Assembly: GCA_965248575.1 (NCBI GenBank)
Contig: CBDFJQ010000002.1
Span: 224,001-288,000, forward strand
Length of the DNA stretch: 64,000 bases
From: Planctomycetota bacterium
Lineage (GTDB): Bacteria > Planctomycetota > B15-G4
Reading direction: 5' to 3'
Shown: positions 39,302 through 48,581 of the stretch, in pieces
Layout of the letters: each line of letters starts with the position of its first letter
How positions within the stretch are numbered: position 1 is the stretch's first letter
The notes under the pieces: model-generated
Databases searched by the model: none
What the model was told of the DNA's origin: nothing
Seen by the model: the letters and a program-made list of their open reading frames with translations, nothing else
Position numbers and translations under genes: made by a program

Positions 39302-41122
39302 ATGATCGCGGACGGTCGCCAAGCAAGGTGGAAGTCCTCCAGCGCTTCTCTGCGCGGTCAACCTCCCGCGCAAGCTTCGCTTCCAGCCGCCGAGCTGCAT
39401 CAGGAACTCATGAAGCAGGGTTTGCCGCCGGAGGTCGAGATCGTCGGCCATGAGCGTATTCGCAGCCCGCGAACGCCGACCGTCGACTGCTACGAGGTGC
39501 GCATCCTGTCCGAGCGGATCGGTGAGCAGGCGGTGTTCATCGCCGGTTGGCTCACGCTGCAGAAGGGCGCCAGGAAGGTCGCTCCCCTGCTGTCCATCCC
39601 GGGCGGGAAAGGGACCTCCACGCGTGAGACGGCCATCTGGGTGGCGAGCACTTGTGATGTGTGCTGCCTCTCCGTGGATTGGATCAACAGGGGTGCGTCG
39701 ACCCACATCCCTGGCCTGGACCCGGCACCTGCCAAGGACGCCATCTGCTTTGAGGGGCAGAGCTGGAAGTCCAGCTACCAGGTGCACAACGTGCGCGCGT
39801 TCTTGAAGGCCATGGAGTACCTGCTGACGCGCGAGGAGGTCGCCCCGGACAAGCTCATGGTCGTGGGCACGAGCTGGGGCGCCTTCTACACCTGGCTCAT
39901 CGCCGGGCTGGATCCTCGCATCAAACACATCTTTCCCACCTTCGGCTGCGGGTTCCTCGACTGGGAGACCCGCTACATCTGGGAGGCGGCCTTCGAGCAC
40001 ATGGGCCCGGAGAAAATGGAGCAGTGGGTCGCTGCCTTCGACCCCGGGCGACGGGTGCACGAGATCCAGGCGGATGTCTGGTTCGAGACAGCCACCAACG
40101 ACAAGTACTTCAGCGTGCCGTCCGTGACCGAGACCTATCGCCGGGCTGCGAACAAATGCAACCTGCTCCTGGTCCACAACCAGGATCACTTCACGCGGCC
40201 CTACAACAACCAGGCGTACCGCTTGATCCGGCATGTACTGGACCCGGCGCACGTTCCCGGCCCGCCCCGGGTTGGTGTTCCGCAGCTCGTGACCGGCAGG
40301 GCAACGCTTCGCGTAGCCGTTGAGTGCGAGGGAGCGTGCCGCGTCAGCTTCCTGGTTGCGGCGGGGGACTACACCCGCAGCTTCTCCAAACGTTGGCGTC
40401 GGCGGGAGGCGCAGCTGGTCGGGGAGCATTGGGAAGCCCAGCTGCCCATCGTGGACCCGCGACGAGAGATCTGGTTCTACGCCCATGCCGATCGGGAGGG
40501 TGTGGCCTTGGCGAGCAGCTCGGAGATCCAGTCGGTGATCCCCGCCGAGGTCGGTGTGGATGCGGCGAACGCCTTGTTCGAACCCCGCTACGACATCCCC
40601 GATGAGCCCATTTGGGAGCTGCCCGTGGGCGATCGGGTGCACCCGGCGCTGAGCGTCGAGCAAGAGGACGGCTTCAAGTCCCTGGCCATGAGCTTCTCCG
40701 GCACCCGACTCACGAAGGGCGTGCTCTACTGCCTCGAGGGAGACGTGATTGCGGCGGCGGGCTATGACGCGCTGGCAGCTGACATCCAGGTGGCCCGACG
40801 CGCGGACCTCGACGGTCTCTTCCTGCTGTTGGTGACCGACTTCCATGCCAGGGCCGAACAGTGCTACGGCGTGCGGCTGAGTGAGGTCGCCGAGGACTTT
40901 GACAGCTTCCGCTCCGTCGTCATTCCCTTCTCGCGTTTCCAACCCATGGCGACCCGGGTGGAAGTGTTCGAGCAGTATGTACCCAAGCCCTTTGCCCGAG
41001 AGAGGCTATGTGGCGTCGGGTTGTTTTATGACAACAAGCCCTGCCGAGGTGAGGTCCGCCTCGCCCGTCCGGGGGTGACCTACGCTCCCGCGAATACGTC
41101 CAACGAGGTGTCTCTCGCATGA
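39302..41122 (+). CDS. Alpha/beta-hydrolase (esterase-like) with C-terminal beta-rich domains
   Basis: IPGG oxyanion region, GTSWG nucleophile elbow, and candidate Asp (TNDKYF) and His (NQDH). The start may instead be ATG 39410. Confidence 0.7.
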   Translation: MIADGRQARWKSSSASLRGQPPAQASLPAAELHQELMKQGLPPEVEIVGHERIRSPRTPTVDCYEVRILSERIGEQAVFIAGWLTLQKGARKVAPLLSIPGGKGTSTRETAIWVASTCDVCCLSVDWINRGASTHIPGLDPAPAKDAICFEGQSWKSSYQVHNVRAFLKAMEYLLTREEVAPDKLMVVGTSWGAFYTWLIAGLDPRIKHIFPTFGCGFLDWETRYIWEAAFEHMGPEKMEQWVAAFDPGRRVHEIQADVWFETATNDKYFSVPSVTETYRRAANKCNLLLVHNQDHFTRPYNNQAYRLIRHVLDPAHVPGPPRVGVPQLVTGRATLRVAVECEGACRVSFLVAAGDYTRSFSKRWRRREAQLVGEHWEAQLPIVDPRREIWFYAHADREGVALASSSEIQSVIPAEVGVDAANALFEPRYDIPDEPIWELPVGDRVHPALSVEQEDGFKSLAMSFSGTRLTKGVLYCLEGDVIAAAGYDALAADIQVARRADLDGLFLLLVTDFHARAEQCYGVRLSEVAEDFDSFRSVVIPFSRFQPMATRVEVFEQYVPKPFARERLCGVGLFYDNKPCRGEVRLARPGVTYAPANTSNEVSLA

Positions 41123-42135
41123 CCGTGCCCAAGCAGCCCATCCACATTGTCGGCATGTACAAGTGCGGGACGAGCTGGCTTCTTGCTGCCCTGAGCGCGC
41201 ACCCCGCTGCCGTGGGTCTGCGGGAGTTCGACATCGTCCGAGCCAGCCTGGCACCGCACGACCAGGGCGGGCTCATGCTCGAAGCGGGTGACCGGGAACG
41301 ACGCTACTTCTCGGGCCATCCGTACTGCCGGATGACACCGGACGAGCTGTCAGGCTTCACGGGGCAGTCGGGGAGCCCTGAGATTCCGGAGCGCTTCGCT
41401 CTGGGCAAGCGCTCACCCAACCTCTCCAAGCCCCTGTCCTTTCGGGACGTCCCGGATCAGCGCAAGCTGGAGTTCCACCAACAGCTGCTGGGGGCCAAGT
41501 CTGCGCGCGCCCTGGTGGGCGACTTCCTGGAGATGAACGGAAGCCTGGCTCCCGAAGCCACGCACCTCATCTTGAAGTCCGCTGACCAGGTGGCCGTCCA
41601 TCGCTCCGTCGAGCGACTGTGCCCGGACACGAAGAAGGTGCTGATCGTCCGGGATGGTCGGGATGCCGCCATCTCTGCGGTGCATTTTCGCAAGATCATG
41701 CGCAAGGAGAACGCGCCCTGGGCGAAGGGTGAGGCCGGCTTCAGTGAGCTGCTCAAGGGTTGGGTGAACCGGGCGCAGATGGTGGAGCGCCTGAGGGCGG
41801 ACACGCGGCTCTACGTCCTGCGCTACGAAGACCTCACGCGCGACTTTGGAGAAACCCTGGCGCCCTTGCTGGAGTGGCTGGGCTTGGATGCTGCCCCCGG
41901 CCTGGTGGAGCAGATCGAGGCGGCGACGTCCTTCGAGGCCGTGACGGGCAGGAAGCGCGGGGAGGCTGCGGACGCCGTGGTGCGCAAGGGCGCCATCGGT
42001 GAATGGGCCGACGTCCTCGATCACGAAGAGCAGGAAGCTGCCTGGAATCTCGCGGGCGAGCAGTTGGCCGCCTTCGGCTACACGCGCACGGGGGCTTACG
42101 ATTCCTTGGACTCCCAAGAGCGTTCAGCGGTGTGA
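41119..42135 (+). CDS. Sulfotransferase (cytosolic SULT-like tail)
   Basis: GMYKCGTSWL, VRDGRDAAIS, RYEDL and RKGAIGEW. Confidence 0.88.
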   Translation: MTVPKQPIHIVGMYKCGTSWLLAALSAHPAAVGLREFDIVRASLAPHDQGGLMLEAGDRERRYFSGHPYCRMTPDELSGFTGQSGSPEIPERFALGKRSPNLSKPLSFRDVPDQRKLEFHQQLLGAKSARALVGDFLEMNGSLAPEATHLILKSADQVAVHRSVERLCPDTKKVLIVRDGRDAAISAVHFRKIMRKENAPWAKGEAGFSELLKGWVNRAQMVERLRADTRLYVLRYEDLTRDFGETLAPLLEWLGLDAAPGLVEQIEAATSFEAVTGRKRGEAADAVVRKGAIGEWADVLDHEEQEAAWNLAGEQLAAFGYTRTGAYDSLDSQERSAV

Positions 42136-42242
42136 GCGCTCAGGAGTTGGCGGGCGTGGGGTGCGGGTGCGGACCCGTGAACCGCTGCTCCGGGGATGCT
42201 AGCGTCAGGCCTTGCGCTGATCCTTGATGAGGGGTGTGAACC

Positions 42243-43352
42243 GTGGCTGCCGAAACGAAACCAACTGACGAGAGCGACCAGCCTTCAACGGCGGCAGGGA
42301 ACCCGCTGAAAGCGAAGGCCAAAGCCAAATCCAAGGGCCTGCGGCTCCCCGTGTTCGGCAAGCCTGCGCCGGGCTGGGTGGCACGCTTGGAGCAGCTGGC
42401 GGAAACCCCCATTCGTGGGGGCGCGGCTGATGCCGAACCCCGTGACGAGCGCGTGGCCCGGGCCCTGACCGAACTGATCAAGACCGTCGGCTTCCGCAAT
42501 CACGCCTGTCAGCTGAAGTTCTTCGACGTGGCGCAAGCCAATGGCCTGCACGTCATGCGGCGCCACTTCTACAACCCCATGCCCGACACCTCAGGGCTGG
42601 ATGAGCAGCTCTGGGAGCGCCGCGCCGATGCCGACGGTGGCGTCGACATGCGCGAGCAGGCACAGCTGGAACTGCTCAAGACCCTGGGCGCCTTCTCCCA
42701 CGAGTTGCAGGATGTCCCCGTCGACTGCGAAGACGAGAGTGTCTATCGCTGGGGCAACCCTGCCTTCTGGCCGGGTGATGGGGCTGTCTACTACTCGATG
42801 ATCCGGTCGCTCGGCGCCAAGCGGATCCTCGAGGTGGGCAGCGGGCACTCCACGCGCATGGCGGCCAAAGCCGCAGCCATGAATGGTGCTGAGCTCAGCT
42901 GCATCGAGCCCTATCCCATGGAGTCCCTCAAGCAGCCGGGTTTCGCACGGCTGATCGAGAGCCCTGTGCAGGAGGTTCCGCTCGAGACTTTCGACGTCCT
43001 GGAAGCCGGTGACATCCTGTTCATCGACAGCACGCATGTGTCCAAGATCGGCTCGGACGTGAATCACTTGTTCCTGCGTGTGATTCCGCGACTCAAGCCC
43101 GGCGTGGTGATCCACGTGCACGACATCTTCCTGCCTTGGGAGATGCCGCGCGCCTGGGTCGTGGACCGGAAGATCTTCTGGAACGAGCAATACATGCTCC
43201 AGGCCCTGCTGACATGCAACCCGTCGTTCGAGGTCCTGCTCGGCAACCAGTTCCTGGGGCGCTTGCACAAGGGTGCCTTCAAGGCCGCCTTTCCGTGCAT
43301 CCCTGACACCTATGCAGCAGGCGGCGTGAGTTTCTGGTTCCGGCGCGCTTGA
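42243..43352 (+). CDS. Class I SAM-dependent methyltransferase (Methyltransf_24-like)
   Basis: ILEVGSGHST, CIEPYP, DILFIDSTH, HVHDIF and WNEQY. Confidence 0.88.
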   Translation: MAAETKPTDESDQPSTAAGNPLKAKAKAKSKGLRLPVFGKPAPGWVARLEQLAETPIRGGAADAEPRDERVARALTELIKTVGFRNHACQLKFFDVAQANGLHVMRRHFYNPMPDTSGLDEQLWERRADADGGVDMREQAQLELLKTLGAFSHELQDVPVDCEDESVYRWGNPAFWPGDGAVYYSMIRSLGAKRILEVGSGHSTRMAAKAAAMNGAELSCIEPYPMESLKQPGFARLIESPVQEVPLETFDVLEAGDILFIDSTHVSKIGSDVNHLFLRVIPRLKPGVVIHVHDIFLPWEMPRAWVVDRKIFWNEQYMLQALLTCNPSFEVLLGNQFLGRLHKGAFKAAFPCIPDTYAAGGVSFWFRRA

Positions 43353-43355
43353 AGC

Positions 43356-44204
43356 GTGGAGCCCCGCTCGCAACAGCAGGCAGAACCACCCCGATCGCCG
43401 GGTGTGTTCATTCTCGGATGCCCGCGCTCAGGAACGAGCGTGCTGGCGTGGAGCCTGGCCGCTCACCCGGCTTTCTGGACCTCTGCTGAATCGGACTACC
43501 TGCACTACGTCTTCGGGCGACGGCAGCTCCGGACGGCCTACCAGACCGCAGCGGGTCGGGCAGACGGGGGCTGGCTGCAGGCGAATGAGGTGGGCTATGC
43601 CGAGTTCGCGCGCGCCATGGGGCTCGGTGTGGAGCGCCTGTACGAGAGTCGTTCGCGCGGCAAGCGTTGGGTGGATGCAACGCCGGGTTACACGCTCATG
43701 GCCGACGACCTGCACCTCATGTGCCCGGAAGCACGCTTCTTGCACATCCTGCGAGACGGGCGGGCCGTGGTCAGCTCCATGCAGCGCAGCGGCTTCGGGA
43801 CGGATTGGTCCAAGGACTTCGGCCTGGCCTGTGAGACGTGGGTGCGTTACGCGTCGGTTGCCGAACAGTTCGTCGCAGCGAACCCTGCGCGAGCCATGAC
43901 GGTGCGTCACGCTGAGATGATTGCGTCGCCTGACCAAGAGTTCGAGCGCATCTTCTCGTTTCTCGGGGAGACCTCTGATGGGAGGGCTGCCGAGATGATC
44001 CGAACCCAACGGATCAACTCGAGTTACGGCAACGCGAAGCTCGAGGATGTGCGCCGCGCCAAGCGGCCGGAAGCGGCTCCGAGCAGCCCCTGGTCGACAT
44101 GGTCGAACCGCGAGCGGAAGATCTTCGAGAAGACTGCAGGCCCGACCATGGAGGCCTTGGGGCTCTCGGCTTCGGGGACACCGAGCGCCGCTGCAGGTCC
44201 CTAG
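43356..44204 (+). CDS. Sulfotransferase (close paralog of 36503-37378)
   Basis: VFILGCPRSGTS, RWVDATP, LRDGRAVVSS and RINSSYGN. Confidence 0.9.
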   Translation: MEPRSQQQAEPPRSPGVFILGCPRSGTSVLAWSLAAHPAFWTSAESDYLHYVFGRRQLRTAYQTAAGRADGGWLQANEVGYAEFARAMGLGVERLYESRSRGKRWVDATPGYTLMADDLHLMCPEARFLHILRDGRAVVSSMQRSGFGTDWSKDFGLACETWVRYASVAEQFVAANPARAMTVRHAEMIASPDQEFERIFSFLGETSDGRAAEMIRTQRINSSYGNAKLEDVRRAKRPEAAPSSPWSTWSNRERKIFEKTAGPTMEALGLSASGTPSAAAGP

Positions 44205-45418
44205 GCCCCGCGCTGACGGTCCGGCTGGCGACCGCTTCCAGTGTGTGTTCCGCTCCTCTTGTCGCGCAGGGATTGGACGAAACGCAGCACATCCTGGGCG
44301 CGGGCTGCCCAGCTGTTGTGCTGGGCGAACTGACGTCGCTCTGCGACCAGGCCGACCCTGGATTCCATGGCTTCCCGCAGCGCGAACACCATGCTCGAGC
44401 AGTCGGCTGCAAAGCGCACAAGGCCATTGAACGATCCCATGTCGGCGACGGGCGACGACACCACGGGCTTGCCCAGGGCAAGGTACTCGTAGAGCTTGAT
44501 GGGGTTGGCCGTCGCGGCGATGGTGCCGGGGCGGAAGGGCAACCAGCAGACGTCGAAGGCATCCATGTAGGCGGGCACCTGCGCGTAGGGCTTCCAGCCG
44601 AGAGTGAAGATGTTGTCCGCCACGGGCAGGCGGGAGCGGCCATCCGCCGGGCCGACGATGACGAAGTCGAACTCAGGCAGAGCTGCGGCCACCGAGCTGA
44701 CGAGATCTGAATCAAACCACTCATAGACCGCACCGACGAAGCCAACGATCGGGCGACGGCCTTGCGCTGCCAGGTCGGCAGGCCTGGGAGAGCTGGCCGC
44801 CAGGGCTTGAAAGGCTCCAGCATCCACGCCGTTCCGGACCGTGGCCAGGGGCAGGCCCGGTCGCTGGGACTGAAGACCCGGGCGCAAGGAGTCCGCCGAG
44901 ACGATGGCCCCCGAGCAGCGCTCCAGCAGCTCTCGCTCCCAGTGTTCGAAGGCGCTGCTGAGGCTCGGGAGTGGGGTGTGCACAGCGACGTCGTCGATGC
45001 AGTCGTAGACGACGTCCCGGAAGGGGAGCTCGGGAAGCCACTCGGCCCAGATCGGCGAGACGACCAGGGCGACGCTGTTGGTCAGGTCCAAGCGGCGCTC
45101 AAGCTGCGCCCGCAGTTCGCGCGCTCTGCGCCGTGAGACGGATCCGAGGCGCTCAGCGGGCCAGCGCGACCAGCGACCCAAGGGGCCCACGGGCCATGGT
45201 CTGAGCACATGGGATTCCGAAGGGAAACGCTGTCCCACGCTGACCTTGGCCGTGAGGCGCTCCAGCCCGCTGCGCAAGGTGGGGACCTGGACGAAGACCA
45301 CCGGCTGCCCCGTCGCCATCCAGGCCTCGGTGAGCATGCGTGAGCGGCCGACCATCGGAAAACGCCAGGTGACGGCGCTCAGGCAGACCAGCTGCACGGG
45401 GGGAGGTGGGGAAGTCAT
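44201..45418 (-). CDS. GT-B glycosyltransferase (GT4-like)
   Basis: VYDCIDD, VRNGVD, GFVGAV and NPIKLYEYLALGKPVV. Confidence 0.9.
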   Translation of the reverse strand: MTSPPPPVQLVCLSAVTWRFPMVGRSRMLTEAWMATGQPVVFVQVPTLRSGLERLTAKVSVGQRFPSESHVLRPWPVGPLGRWSRWPAERLGSVSRRRARELRAQLERRLDLTNSVALVVSPIWAEWLPELPFRDVVYDCIDDVAVHTPLPSLSSAFEHWERELLERCSGAIVSADSLRPGLQSQRPGLPLATVRNGVDAGAFQALAASSPRPADLAAQGRRPIVGFVGAVYEWFDSDLVSSVAAALPEFDFVIVGPADGRSRLPVADNIFTLGWKPYAQVPAYMDAFDVCWLPFRPGTIAATANPIKLYEYLALGKPVVSSPVADMGSFNGLVRFAADCSSMVFALREAMESRVGLVAERRQFAQHNSWAARAQDVLRFVQSLRDKRSGTHTGSGRQPDRQRGA

Positions 45419-45640
45419 GCGACCTGCGAGTCTATCGGGAGCGGCCGGCTCGTTCTACGCGAGCCCTCCAACTGAGTCTGAGGAGGGTGCGATGAATCCA
45501 TTGAAGAGGGCAGTTGGCGCGAGTACTGTCCACTTGCTTGGGGGGCCCCCGGCACGTGGGTGCAGGATGCCGATCTCCGGTGTCGTACCCAGTCCCTTTT
45601 GCCTCGTCTCTTGCCCCGTCCCTGGTGATGTGGAGGACCC

Positions 45641-46285
45641 TTGGTGCGTTCACTCCGTTCGTTCGCTTTCCTGCTGCTGGCTGCGTGCATCCTCGCGGCC
45701 TGCCAGTCGTCGGCCCGCACCCAGCTTCAACAACACAAGCTCGGCTCTTCCTCGGAACTCGTCGAGCTCGAAGTGTTCTTGGTGGACATCGACAGCGGCG
45801 CCTACGAGCAGGCGCTCTTGCTCGAGGAGCAGCAACTCGAGCAGCTCCTGCCCAAGACGAAATTCTTGCGGGTGATTCCGTTGGAGTCGGTGACGGACGC
45901 GCCGAGCGATGCGACGACCTATGTGTGTCGCGTGGACGCGCAGCACATGCCTGAGCCAGGGCCTGCGCCAGGGCTAACGCCGGATCTCGATGCGGCCATG
46001 CGCATCCAGGCTGTTTGGCTGCCTGCTGGCGGTTGGAACGCCACGGACTCACAAGGTCGTTCGCTGGTCCACGTGGTGGCCTATCGCGTGCAGCCCGCGG
46101 GTGCCGGTTCCAAGAAGGGCGCCAAGACTTTCGAGCTGCAACTGAAGCGCCCCTCGGAGGCCGTCGAGTTGCGGCTGTTCCTGCACAACGAAGGAGAGGG
46201 AACAATCGAGGTGTCGCGCGTTGCGGTCATCGAAGCCACCCCCGCGGCACCCAAGCTGGCAGCGCCGGAAGCACCGGCAGGCTGA
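45641..46285 (+). CDS. Hypothetical lipoprotein
   Basis: Signal-like N-terminus ending ILAAC; fills the gap between two minus-strand GT genes; TTG start after GGAGGA. Confidence 0.65.
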   Translation: MVRSLRSFAFLLLAACILAACQSSARTQLQQHKLGSSSELVELEVFLVDIDSGAYEQALLLEEQQLEQLLPKTKFLRVIPLESVTDAPSDATTYVCRVDAQHMPEPGPAPGLTPDLDAAMRIQAVWLPAGGWNATDSQGRSLVHVVAYRVQPAGAGSKKGAKTFELQLKRPSEAVELRLFLHNEGEGTIEVSRVAVIEATPAAPKLAAPEAPAG

Positions 46286-46291
46286 CCCAGG

Positions 46292-48571
46292 TTACGGGCG
46301 CGCGCTGAGGCGGGTACCGCCTTCGGGGGACTTGTCGCTGCGGGGGCTCGGTCGGTCAACGCGAATCTCGGTTTCGCGCGCGGCTTCAAGAGCTGCTGCG
46401 TAGACGGTCAGGTACTCGGTGGCCATGCGCGAGACGCTCGCGGGCTTGTAGTCGACTGCTTCCTTCAAGCGCAGCTGGTACTCGTCGCCCGCGGGGACCA
46501 AGAGGTCCCGGAGCTTCTCGAACCACGCTGCGGCTCTCCCAACATCGTTGATGAGCCACCCGCCGCCGTGCTTGCGGACCCGTTCTCCGAGGGCTCCCAG
46601 GTCCGATGCCAGGACGGGGATGCCCGCTGCCCAGGATTCCGTCAGCACGTGACAGTAGGTCTCCGGCCACTGGGAGGGGATGAGCGTCAGGCTGGGCCGG
46701 ATGGCTGCGAGCCTTGCCGGAAGCTCGTCGCGTCGGTAGTCGCCGTGCCAGCGAACACCGAGTTGCTCGAATTCCAGGTCCCCACCGGTGCCCAGGAACT
46801 CCAACTCGAAAGGTGATCCTGCTTCCCGGTTGAGTTCGCAGAGTCGTCGCAAGACATCCGCCCCCTTGGCGCTCGTCAACTGCCCGAAGAACAGCACGAC
46901 AGGTCGCCCCGTTGAGGGAAGGCGAGCGCTGGGGGAGAACTCCCGGTGGCTGCGCCCGTGCTCGATGATCTGCCAGGGTCGTTTTCTCAGGAGCGGGAGG
47001 ACATCCAGCATGATCTCGCGTACGAGCGGAGATGTGGTGATGAGGCTGTCGCACTGCATCAGGGCTCGTCCTGTGCGTCGCTGCCATTCCCTGACATAGC
47101 GATGCTTGAGCGCCGGAAGCTGGGCGACCTGGTTGTCGTCGCCGGGACAGTCGCCCGCTCCTGCCGTGCAGTGCCCGGCACAGAACTGGCCGCGCTCATC
47201 CAGGAGTTTCACCGTGGGGCAGAGGGCGTGGTAGTCGTGCACCGAGAAGACGACGGGGATGTTCTGGGCGCCGAACAACTCGACGATCTCGGGGGCATTG
47301 CCGAGGAAATGACGGATGTGAGCCAAGCGGATGCCGTGCTGTTTCACGACGCGTCGCAGCTCGCTCATCCGGGCCTCATCCAGGGGGAGCCCCAGGCGCC
47401 AGGGTGTCGAAAAACGGGTAATGTGCTCGGCGCTTCCCAAGGCCGCCGGAAAGACCCGAACCGTCCATTCGTGCAGGCCCGTCGTGAGCACGATGCACGG
47501 GTGCCTCTCGCCAACGGATCGAATGAGATCGTTGGTGGTGTTCTGCACGCCCCCAAAGCCAGCGTGCAGAATGTAGAGGATGGGCTCTGGTGCGTGGGCT
47601 GGAGGCGGGGCTGGGCTTGGGACCTGGGTCGGGTCCCGCGTCTGGGTCTGGGTCTCCGCTGATGTGAGTTCGGTCCCGACGCGTCCGGCTCGACGAGCGA
47701 GTTCGCTCCTCACGCGCCGGGCAAGCAGCTCGAACGGGAGGCTCTTGCGCCACGCGGCGATCAGCCCCGCTGCCTCTGGATGCCGTTCATGCAGAGTCGC
47801 CAGGTTGCGCTCGAGGAGCGCCTCTCGGCGTGAGCCGTAGGAGGCGCCGCGCCGGTGGAAGATAAACGTCCTGTCGTCCACCAGGTGGATGAAGCCGGCC
47901 TGGGTGGCGCGGAAGCAGAAGTCGTTCTCCTCCCCGTAGCCGTCCGGAAAGGCTGCTTCGTCGAAGAAGTCGAGGGCCTCCAAGGCCGCGCGCCGCACGT
48001 ACATGCAGAAGCCATGGCCCGTGGGGACCAACGGAAAGTTCCGTGGCGAGAGCGCCGCCACCATGGTGGCCATCTCGTCAACGCTGACCCCTGGGGGGAG
48101 TGTGTTGTCCCGATCCAATTCCGGGATGGAAAAACTCCCCGCTGCATTGCTCAAGGCGGTGACCGTGGCCACCTCGCGCTGACTTCGAGCAACCTGGGAA
48201 AGGCGCGTGAGCCAGCCATCCGAGACGAGCGTGTCGCTGTTGAGGAGCAGCACGTCGCCCTTGGCACGACGGCAGGCCCGATTGATGGAGGCCGTGTAGC
48301 CCAGTCGCTGGCGGTTCCGCATGACGTGCGTGCGGGGATGTTCTGCTGCCAGCTTGTGCAGCGCGGGGGAGACGCGAGCGTCAGTGCTCGCGTCATCCAC
48401 CAGCAGCAGTAGGTGTGCGGCTTGGGTGTGGGCAAGGACGGACGCGATGCAGGCCATCGCATCGTCGTAGGCGTCATGGATCGGCACGATGATCGTGACG
48501 GCAACATCTGGATGCTGGCGTTGGCCAGCAGGGTCGCGGCCCTCAGGGTCGGGTCTGCTTTTCGTGGTCAT
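46292..48571 (-). CDS. Bifunctional glycosyltransferase (GT2 + GT4) with Pro/Thr-rich linker
   Basis: VDDASTD, LLNSD and GYGEENDF (GT2); HDYHALCP, KGAD and ETYCHVLTE (GT4). Start taken at ATG 48571. Confidence 0.88.
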   Translation of the reverse strand: MTTKSRPDPEGRDPAGQRQHPDVAVTIIVPIHDAYDDAMACIASVLAHTQAAHLLLLVDDASTDARVSPALHKLAAEHPRTHVMRNRQRLGYTASINRACRRAKGDVLLLNSDTLVSDGWLTRLSQVARSQREVATVTALSNAAGSFSIPELDRDNTLPPGVSVDEMATMVAALSPRNFPLVPTGHGFCMYVRRAALEALDFFDEAAFPDGYGEENDFCFRATQAGFIHLVDDRTFIFHRRGASYGSRREALLERNLATLHERHPEAAGLIAAWRKSLPFELLARRVRSELARRAGRVGTELTSAETQTQTRDPTQVPSPAPPPAHAPEPILYILHAGFGGVQNTTNDLIRSVGERHPCIVLTTGLHEWTVRVFPAALGSAEHITRFSTPWRLGLPLDEARMSELRRVVKQHGIRLAHIRHFLGNAPEIVELFGAQNIPVVFSVHDYHALCPTVKLLDERGQFCAGHCTAGAGDCPGDDNQVAQLPALKHRYVREWQRRTGRALMQCDSLITTSPLVREIMLDVLPLLRKRPWQIIEHGRSHREFSPSARLPSTGRPVVLFFGQLTSAKGADVLRRLCELNREAGSPFELEFLGTGGDLEFEQLGVRWHGDYRRDELPARLAAIRPSLTLIPSQWPETYCHVLTESWAAGIPVLASDLGALGERVRKHGGGWLINDVGRAAAWFEKLRDLLVPAGDEYQLRLKEAVDYKPASVSRMATEYLTVYAAALEAARETEIRVDRPSPRSDKSPEGGTRLSARP

Positions 48572-48581
48572 GTTGGGGGCG

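Noticed and set aside
47581..47660. Repetitive GGGTC/GGGCT-rich stretch
   Set aside because: It encodes the Pro/Thr/Gln linker between the GT2 and GT4 domains and is not a DNA repeat element.
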